Positions 57,745 through 64,000 of a stretch of DNA of 64,000 bases are shown here, in pieces. The first letter of the stretch is position 1. The number at the start of each line of letters is the position of its first letter. Below the pieces are notes generated by a model. The model saw nothing but the letters and a program-made list of their open reading frames with translations, did no database searches and was not told where the DNA came from. Source of the stretch: a virus (Duplodnaviria; Caudoviricetes); IMG/VR virus record IMGVR_UViG_3300047509_000221, positions 1,949-65,948 of that record; one strand, given 5' to 3'. A program made the translations under genes and the position numbers.

Positions 57745-58170
57745 GCGTTGCATGGTAATGCCGAGTGTGGAGCAGCGAAGCCCTGCGTTGCGTGGAGGAG
57801 CGTAGCCTCTTGGTGCATGACAACGCGACACGTGGTGGGGCGCTGTGTTGCATCGCGCCGTGGTGCTCAGCGTTGCGATGTGGGGCAGATGGTGCGTCGC
57901 GGTGAGAGGCGCTGCGGGGCGAGGCCCTGCGTAGTGCGGCGTCGCGCAGCGCAGTGGAGTGTTGCGATGCTCTGCGATGCGCAGCAAAAAGTAGGAGGGG
58001 ACGAGGCTCTGCGTTGCGATGCCATGCGGGACACTGCGGGGCGGGGCTACGCGGGACGTCGCGCAGCGGTGCGGTGAGCAGGGCAGAATTGCGTTGCGGT
58101 GCTGCGTGCAGCGGTGCGCAGAGACGCGCAGCGCCGCTGGGCCAAGAGGCGAGTAGCGCAGCGAGGACTC
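57745..58170 (-). ncRNA. pentamer arrays A (57745-57889), B (57894-57988) and C (58001-58170); putative guide RNAs
   Basis: 82 units in 5-nt phase, consensus GCG-NN on + (NN-CGC on -); 76 of 82 begin with G. Confidence 0.8.
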
Positions 58171-58180
58171 CATCTCATTA

Positions 58181-58210
58181 CATCTAGGCTGAGTATGCAT
58201 GGTTCGTAAA
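58181..58210 (-). promoter_or_regulatory. predicted promoter for the array and RAMP gene
   Basis: TTTACG-N18-TAGATG, same family as the other phage promoters, about 10 nt before the first unit. Confidence 0.55.
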
Positions 58211-58214
58211 GTCT

Positions 58215-59108
58215 TCATCCCATGCTCTCGATCATCTCGGCCAGCAGCCGCTTGTCCTCTACCTCCTGCTCGACCATCACGTCCCAGGCCTCCTCGTCGC
58301 GGATGCGCATGACCGCGTCCCGAATGAGGTCCTGGATGACCTGTGGGTCCAGAGCGTCGAGCTCCCACGACTCCTCCCCGTACAGGTCCCTGTAGGACGC
58401 GAACCGGGAGTCATTCTCCTTGGCTGGGTTGGGCGGGGGAGAGTACTGCTCGATCTGGTCCATGTTGAGCGCTAGGCGGCTGACCATGACGGGGACGCCC
58501 GCGTACAGGCTCAGCTTCTCCGCGTTGCTCTCGGTCATGTGGATTCCGCTCGGGTCGTGGTCGCCGAGGTGGAAGACGATCGGGCGCTGGCCCCGCTGGA
58601 TGTAGTCCGCGAAGCGTCGCCCGGCGCGCCAGTGCTCGCTCGTGGAGTTGTAGCCCTTCTGGGCGTAGAAGTCCACCTCGAGCCGGTTGCATATCTGGCC
58701 GACCACGCCCTCGAGCGCCTGCTTCTCGACCCAGACCTCCGGCCGGAACGGCTGGTTGGCCCACTTGTCGATGCTGTACCCGGCGAGCGCGTCCCGGAGC
58801 ACCTGCGCCGGGCTCGTCTGGTGGTTCAGTCCCATCAGGTTGCGGCCCCGGTCCTCGATCGCCGTCCACGAGATCAGGCCGACGTTCCGGCCGGTGTTGA
58901 TCGCGCCCTGGATGCGGTCGTAGGTGGCCCCGGTGTTGGGCATCCACCCGCGCTGGACGAACTGGTAGTGAATCTGGCGAACGGTCAGGGTGAAGCCCTT
59001 CTGCTCGTACTCGCCGACGACGTGGTTGATGCGCCCGATGAGGTCGACGGTGACTGACCGGAGGTTCCGCTCCTCGTACGCGATGTAGAGGCCGGTGTCC
59101 TCAGTCAC
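58215..59108 (-). CDS. TOPRIM-domain protein (Topo VI-A/JetD-like)
   Basis: TVRQIHYQFV, EVWVEK, HLGDHDPSG, RLALN..QI, WELDAL. Confidence 0.75.
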   Translation of the reverse strand: MTEDTGLYIAYEERNLRSVTVDLIGRINHVVGEYEQKGFTLTVRQIHYQFVQRGWMPNTGATYDRIQGAINTGRNVGLISWTAIEDRGRNLMGLNHQTSPAQVLRDALAGYSIDKWANQPFRPEVWVEKQALEGVVGQICNRLEVDFYAQKGYNSTSEHWRAGRRFADYIQRGQRPIVFHLGDHDPSGIHMTESNAEKLSLYAGVPVMVSRLALNMDQIEQYSPPPNPAKENDSRFASYRDLYGEESWELDALDPQVIQDLIRDAVMRIRDEEAWDVMVEQEVEDKRLLAEMIESMG

Positions 59109-59340
59109 GACTCTCGGCCTCCTGCTTGCGGACAATCTGCCGGGCTCTCCGGCCCTTGACGTCCAGAAAGCGCTCGCGGCCCATCCGGGCCACGGTCAGC
59201 GGAAACTTTGTCTGCCCCAGCAGTCTCTCGGTGTGATCCTTCGGGCGCAGGGCCACCAGGATGACGCGGTCGCGGTGTCGGCAGACGCGGTACGTGCGTC
59301 CACGATCACGAACATAGGTGTTGGTGATTGGGCTAGTCAT
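59101..59340 (-). CDS. hypothetical protein
   Basis: Basic ORF downstream of predicted promoter TTTACA-N17-TACATG. Confidence 0.5.
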   Translation of the reverse strand: MTSPITNTYVRDRGRTYRVCRHRDRVILVALRPKDHTERLLGQTKFPLTVARMGRERFLDVKGRRARQIVRKQEAESRD

Positions 59341-59545
59341 CCTCGGGTCTCCTCGGCAGAGGATCACCATGTACCTCGGTCAGGCCATCATGTAAAGCCC
59401 TCCTGAGCTCCGCGATCAGCTCGGGGACGTCCACGTGGCAGTCCCAGTGCTCCGCCCAGCGTCCGTCGGAGGACGACGCCGGGCCGTAGCGCGGCTGCGT
59501 CGATCGGACCGGCTCTCCACAGATCCTGCAGACGGGGTCAGGCAA
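59333..59545 (-). CDS. small Zn-finger-like protein
   Basis: CRICGEP...HWDC. Confidence 0.45.
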   Translation of the reverse strand: MPDPVCRICGEPVRSTQPRYGPASSSDGRWAEHWDCHVDVPELIAELRRALHDGLTEVHGDPLPRRPEDD

Positions 59546-59710
59546 TGTATATGTCCTCGATGGCGTACTGAATCGCCTGCCGGCAGAACTCCTTCATGGA
59601 AACACCATTCCGCGCAGCGTGGGACTGAATCTCCTGATAGAGTTCTCGCGACATTGGCAGAGTTATCTGAGTCATGTCGACATCCTTGGCAGGCTTCTTT
59701 GGGCGGAAGG

Positions 59711-60733
59711 TCATCCGATCACTCCCGCCACCTTGCGCTCTCCGGCCTGCTGGTCGATGCCGACGGAGTCGCCAGCTTCGTAGCCCGCGCGGTAGGCTCC
59801 CCAGTCGCGCTGCTTCTCCGAGCCCGTGCCGGCGTTCGAGGACCGCTTGCGCTCGGCCTTGCGGCGCTCCTCCTCCTGCGCGGCGGCCTCCTCGGGGTGG
59901 GCGGCTGCCCAGCGGGTGTACTCCTCCTGAGCCTCTCGCTTGCGACGGGCGCGCTCGGCCCTCTCATATCTCTGCTGCGCCGACCAGCCCTCTCCCATGA
60001 CGAAGTCCATGTTGGCGTCTTCCTCCGTCTTGCGGAGGTCGGCCAGAGTCATGGCGGTCGCAGTGCTGACTCCCGCCATCCCTGCCTCGCGGACGCGGCG
60101 CTCCTCGTCCAGGGCGCGCTGGCGCTCCTCGGATATCTGGGTCTGGCGGCGGTCCCACAGCTTCTCGGCAATCCTCTCGGCGATGCCCTCGCGGAAGGAG
60201 ACGGCCCAGCGGCTGCGCAGCTGGGTATTGACGGATTCAGTCACGCCTTCTTCATGAAGACGTGACCGAGTCAGTCTCTCGATCGTGCCGAGCAGGTACT
60301 GGGCCATCGTCCGCGTCGCCTGGATATTGTGCAGACGCCCGATGATCTTGAACTCGCCCCGGAGAATGTGCGTCCGGCGGAACGGGTCCAGAATTCGGAG
60401 CGCCTTCGCATCAAGGCGCTCCCTCTTCACCCAGTGCTTCTGGTGCCAGCAGAGGCAGAAGTTGAGCTCGGCGATGCGACTCCAGAGATCGCGCTCGTAC
60501 TCGTAGAAGCCCCCGACCAGCCGCTCCTCGGCCCGGCGTCCGCCGCCCTCGCCCGTCTCGTCCACGGACGCGAGGGTGAGGTTAAGGTCGGCCAGCATGG
60601 CCATGGCCTTGGCCGTCGCGGCGGCGGCCTCGTGCTCGTTGGGGTTCCGTCCGGCGAGGCGCAGCAGCTTCTCGACAGTGTCGAGTCCGGCGCGCTGCTC
60701 CTCAGTGAGCTGGTCGGTGGTCAAGCGTCGCAC
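59711..60733 (-). CDS. DUF2786-domain protein
   Basis: VEKLLRLA...NEHEAAAATAKA..M; SFREG; AYRAGYEAG. Confidence 0.75.
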   Translation of the reverse strand: MRRLTTDQLTEEQRAGLDTVEKLLRLAGRNPNEHEAAAATAKAMAMLADLNLTLASVDETGEGGGRRAEERLVGGFYEYERDLWSRIAELNFCLCWHQKHWVKRERLDAKALRILDPFRRTHILRGEFKIIGRLHNIQATRTMAQYLLGTIERLTRSRLHEEGVTESVNTQLRSRWAVSFREGIAERIAEKLWDRRQTQISEERQRALDEERRVREAGMAGVSTATAMTLADLRKTEEDANMDFVMGEGWSAQQRYERAERARRKREAQEEYTRWAAAHPEEAAAQEEERRKAERKRSSNAGTGSEKQRDWGAYRAGYEAGDSVGIDQQAGERKVAGVIG

Positions 60734-60969
60734 TCCTCATCCTCGTCCGCATCGCAGACAGTGGCAATCGACGACGGAAACATCTCCACTGTCAAGCGTA
60801 GCGGGGTCCCGCACTCGCAGCGCATGAAGACAGGGGTCTCGCTCCCGTCATCTGCAGGCTTTGTGGGTGGCTCCAGATCTGAGTAGCAACCGGGACAGGT
60901 GAAGCGATCACTGAAATGATCGTTTGAGCAGTAGACACCGCGCTCAACGTCGAAACGTCCGAATGGCAT
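60721..60969 (-). CDS. Zn-ribbon hypothetical protein
   Basis: CPGC...CECG. Confidence 0.5.
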   Translation of the reverse strand: MPFGRFDVERGVYCSNDHFSDRFTCPGCYSDLEPPTKPADDGSETPVFMRCECGTPLRLTVEMFPSSIATVCDADEDEECDA

Positions 60970-61004
60970 GACTGAGTCTCCTCGGCAGAGACCTCATCAT
61001 AGCG

Positions 61005-61469
61005 TCAGGACGGACTTCGCGAAAGTCCCCCTCTCGCCCTCTCAATCAGGGCCGACGACGACTGCGTCTTGCCGCCGCCCACGCCAAAGGCAAGGTCGAC
61101 CGCGCCCTCGTACCGGCACCACGACTCCTCGGGGGTCGTGCCGGTGCCCCGGTCGCCGCCATTGCAGAACGTGATGCGGGAGCGGGGGTGCAGGGCTCGG
61201 AGCTCGATGAGAGAGCGGACGACTGTGCCATCCTCGTCCAGCGCATGGTGCACGCAGACCACGCCCCGAATGGCCCTGACGATCTCGGCCCTCTCGTCCC
61301 AGGACATGAAGGGCTGCCCCTTCTTGCGGACCAGCCATGCGTCGGAGTTGAGGATGACGTGCACCGGGCCGTGCTCGAGCGCGCCCAGGAGCAGGCGCGC
61401 GTGTCCGGAGTGCAGCGGGTCGAAGCCTCCGCTCACGACGGAGATGCGACGCTCGAACCAGTTCATCAC
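61005..61469 (-). CDS. cytidylyltransferase-like nucleotidyltransferase (HxGH family)
   Basis: SGGFDPLHSGH, LNSDAWLVRKKG, NGGDR, GGGKTQSSS. Confidence 0.85.
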   Translation of the reverse strand: MMNWFERRISVVSGGFDPLHSGHARLLLGALEHGPVHVILNSDAWLVRKKGQPFMSWDERAEIVRAIRGVVCVHHALDEDGTVVRSLIELRALHPRSRITFCNGGDRGTGTTPEESWCRYEGAVDLAFGVGGGKTQSSSALIERARGGLSRSPS

Positions 61470-61780
61470 AGGTCGCCCTCCCTCAGCTGCTGGTTGCGCC
61501 CGGCATCGTCCTCCGGCACGAACCTCTCAGTGTCGATGGTCCGGGCTGGCTGCGTGCGGTTGGGGCGCGGGTACTGCGTGCCCAGCGGCATCGACGGAAT
61601 GTCCCCGAAGAAGGCGTGGCCGTCCTGGTACTTGCCGGCGATCTCGGCAGCCGTGACCCAGCGGTCAAAGACCGGGGCGAGCTCCAGGTTGTCATCTGGC
61701 ATCTCCACGAACCAGCGCTGGCAGGCAGGCCGCCAGGCGACCACGCAGCGCCGCGCCCTCACGCAGCCCTCTCGTCCCAC
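61466..61780 (-). CDS. hypothetical protein
   Basis: Fills the gap between flanking genes. Confidence 0.4.
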   Translation of the reverse strand: MGREGCVRARRCVVAWRPACQRWFVEMPDDNLELAPVFDRWVTAAEIAGKYQDGHAFFGDIPSMPLGTQYPRPNRTQPARTIDTERFVPEDDAGRNQQLREGDL

Positions 61781-62988
61781 TGGGCGAGGTCCTCGTCCAC
61801 CAGATGGTGGGCGTCGCTCTCCATCCAGTCGTAGTCGTCGTGCCCGAACTCGGTCTCGACCACGCCGAGGTACAGCCGGAGGTAGTCCTCGGCAGCCCGC
61901 GCGGCCTCCCCCCGCCCCATGTCGGGGCAGCGGGCCTCGTATCTGTCGGCCATCCAGCCGACGAACTGGGCGCGGCTCTGCCGCCTGCCCATCATCTGCT
62001 CGAACGAGGTCCAGACCTGCGGCCAGGAGCCGCGCGTGGCGGCCTTGCTGTACTCGGTGGCTCGCGTCTCGAAGAAGTTGGCGTGCTCGACACCGCTCAG
62101 GAGCGGCTGGAGCCAGACAGACACCGGGTCATCAGTGACTCCGAAGAGCGGGGGTAGTCGAAGCTGGTGCAGGCGCCAGTCCGCAATGCGGCGGATGTAG
62201 AGCTTCATCTCGGCGGCGGAGAGGCCCTCGACCTCGCCGCCAGAGGCCTCGAACGCGAGGTCGACGAACGCATCCTCCAGGCGTACCTGCGTCGCGAAGA
62301 CGTCCATGATGTCGCTCTCGACCTGCTTAGTCCTACCTCCGGTCTCCTGGGCAAGTGTGTGGTGCAGGCGGATGATGCCGTCGCAGTGGAGGCTCTCGTC
62401 GCGCACTGACCAGGTCACGATCTGCCCCATGCCCTTCATCAGGCGTCGGCGCGGGAAGTGCATCAGCATCGCGAAGCTGGCGAACAGGGAGAGGCCCTCG
62501 GTCGCGCCGCCGAACATGGCAGTGGTGCGGAGAATGTCGTCGACGCTGCCGACCCCGAAGGTCTCCATGTAGTCGGCCTTGGCGGCCATGGCCTCGTAGT
62601 TACGGAAGGCGCTGAACTCCTCGTCGGGCATGCCGACGGTGTCCAGCAGCAGCGAGTAGGCCAGGATGTGGATGGTCTCCATGGACGCGAAGGCCGAGAG
62701 CATCATCTTGACCTCGGTTGGCCGGAAGACCTGCGCGTATCGCTCCAGATAATTGTCGTTGACCTGCACGTCGGACTGCGTGAAGAAGCGGAATATCTGC
62801 GTCAGCAGCCCGCGCTCACCGTCTGTCAGGCGCCCGCCCCAGTCCCGGACATCGTCGGCCAGCTGGGCCTCCTCGGGCGTCCAGTGGATGCGGTGCTGCT
62901 GCCGGCAGTACTCGACTGCCCAGGGATACATGTACGGGCGGAAATTGGCGCTGGGCCGCAGAAGGCCAGGAAGTCTACTCGTCGACAC
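61759..62988 (-). CDS. nrdB: ribonucleotide reductase class Ia beta subunit with C-terminal extension
   Basis: FRFFTQSD, ETIH..AY, EGLSLFASF, WSVRDESLH, HANFFE.RATEY. Confidence 0.92.
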   Translation of the reverse strand: MSTSRLPGLLRPSANFRPYMYPWAVEYCRQQHRIHWTPEEAQLADDVRDWGGRLTDGERGLLTQIFRFFTQSDVQVNDNYLERYAQVFRPTEVKMMLSAFASMETIHILAYSLLLDTVGMPDEEFSAFRNYEAMAAKADYMETFGVGSVDDILRTTAMFGGATEGLSLFASFAMLMHFPRRRLMKGMGQIVTWSVRDESLHCDGIIRLHHTLAQETGGRTKQVESDIMDVFATQVRLEDAFVDLAFEASGGEVEGLSAAEMKLYIRRIADWRLHQLRLPPLFGVTDDPVSVWLQPLLSGVEHANFFETRATEYSKAATRGSWPQVWTSFEQMMGRRQSRAQFVGWMADRYEARCPDMGRGEAARAAEDYLRLYLGVVETEFGHDDYDWMESDAHHLVDEDLAQWDERAA

Positions 62989-63466
62989 GCTCGGCCGCCT
63001 CCTCGTCGGTGCATGGTGGAATGAACACAGGGCCGCCGAGGGCGGCGACGGCCATGTGGACGTACTGCTCGGCCTCCTCGGGCCGGTCGCGGAGCACCAT
63101 CTCCCAGGCGTCCGGGACCATCCGGCCCTCGGAGGTGGTGATCATCTTCTCGCGGGCGACATTGTAGATGCCCTCGGCGGCGGCCAGGAGGACCTCTCTC
63201 GAGTGCTCGCCGGTCGTGTCCTTCAGCACGGACACCCGGCGGAGCTCCTCGTGCAGCATGACCATGTGGCCCGCCGCGCGATGGATGGCCTGTCCCTGCG
63301 GTGTCCTGAGACCCCCGGCCTGCTCGGCGAGGGTGCGGAGGAACTTGACGGCAGTCACCCGCTCGGGTGGCTTGTCCGGCACGAGGGCCTGGCCGCGACT
63401 GTCGACCAGTCTTGGTCCGGGGACAAACGTCTCTCCGTTGAGGAGGCGGTTCTTGATGTCTGGCAT
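62975..63466 (-). CDS. hypothetical protein
   Basis: ORF upstream of nrdB. Confidence 0.5.
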   Translation of the reverse strand: MPDIKNRLLNGETFVPGPRLVDSRGQALVPDKPPERVTAVKFLRTLAEQAGGLRTPQGQAIHRAAGHMVMLHEELRRVSVLKDTTGEHSREVLLAAAEGIYNVAREKMITTSEGRMVPDAWEMVLRDRPEEAEQYVHMAVAALGGPVFIPPCTDEEAAERVDE

Positions 63467-63656
63467 AGTACGCCAGCCTAGCCTGACGCCACCCTGTCCG
63501 CTACTCTGTAGCCCTCGTCCATGCCGAGCCTCCTGCGAGCCTCCAGGACGCGCTGGAGGTGGTCGCGACGGACGACGGTACGCGGGGCCGGGACGGAGCT
63601 CAGCAGCGTCCTGGACGACGCTCGAGCGCCTCGAGTAAAGTAGTCGACCTCAACCT

Positions 63657-63971
63657 TCACAGTGTGTCCCCCATCTTGCTGTCGAGGAGGGTCTCCTCAA
63701 TCTTGTACCGGAGGACGCGCGCACATCGATGCGGCAGGTCTCCCAGAATGCGAACCATGCTGCCCACCTCAGCGACAATCGTGGAATAGGAGACAGAGCG
63801 GAACGAGAGAAACCACTTGCCAGCAATGTCGTCGACATCGTCGTGATCGAAGCGACTGGCCCTCCATCCCGAGCCAGTCACGAAGGAGACGAAGTCCTCG
63901 TACGACGAGGTGCCCGGCTCACACGTGACGTGTGCCTCGAAGTAGCGCGGATCGATGCGGTCGGGCAGCAC
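63657..63971 (-). CDS. hypothetical protein
   Basis: YFEAHVT...RYKIEETLLDS; may extend beyond the window. Confidence 0.55.
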   Translation of the reverse strand: MLPDRIDPRYFEAHVTCEPGTSSYEDFVSFVTGSGWRASRFDHDDVDDIAGKWFLSFRSVSYSTIVAEVGSMVRILGDLPHRCARVLRYKIEETLLDSKMGDTL

Positions 63972-64000
63972 CGTCTCGGCGATGGCGTCGAGCGCGGTCA

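Noticed and set aside
57815-57889. Reverse-strand decoding SP(I/M)(K/N)(W/C)TG(E/D)(K/N)(R/S), loosely like the Dam-family KWxGGK motif
   Set aside because: It mismatches at a key position and is in the opposite orientation to the three convincing decodings; likely chance.
57745-58170. CRISPR array or simple microsatellite
   Set aside because: There are no 25-45-nt direct repeats with spacers, and the units are not identical copies: only the triplet is constrained while NN varies.
57094-58368. ORFs 57094-58077 (+), 57428-57853 (-) and 57739-58368 (-) crossing the arrays
   Set aside because: Low-complexity R/C/A/H-rich translations expected from a 5-nt periodic GC-rich repeat; they overlap better-supported genes.

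Overview
The window is part of a GC-rich tailed dsDNA phage genome (siphovirus-like). The host is probably an alphaproteobacterium, judging from the CtrA homologue and the GTA-like DUF2460/DUF2163/NlpC tail-tip genes. No integrase or CRISPR array was seen. Layout: small leftward accessory genes (1-5.5 kb); terminase, head, tail and lysis module (6.1-34 kb, mostly +); helicases, primase, a thymidine-hypermodification cluster and DNA polymerase A (34-54.6 kb); a leftward accessory region ending with RNR beta (54.5-64 kb). The main find is at 56.6-58.2 kb. A lone Cas7/RAMP-like gene is flanked by non-coding arrays of 96 pentamer units (GCG-like triplet plus variable NN on +; NN-CGC on the predicted transcribed strand), with a predicted promoter directly upstream. 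Reading only the NN dinucleotides as codon positions 1-2 gives recognisable conserved protein motifs: an E1/ThiF GLGGTGS loop, a JAB QVHTHPGxAYHS motif and a DNA-methyltransferase LGSLYRSQHEL motif. This suggests an RNA-guided targeting system that skips every third (wobble) base and is aimed at host-defence or competitor genes. Other notable items: a CtrA mimic lacking the phospho-acceptor Asp, an Acb2-like anti-CBASS protein in frame with an Ig-like domain, a leaderless Flp-pilin mimic, three paralogues of an unnamed NPK...RF.LY..GMT domain, and an atypical tRNA-like element. All family assignments come from motif recognition by eye, not database searches.
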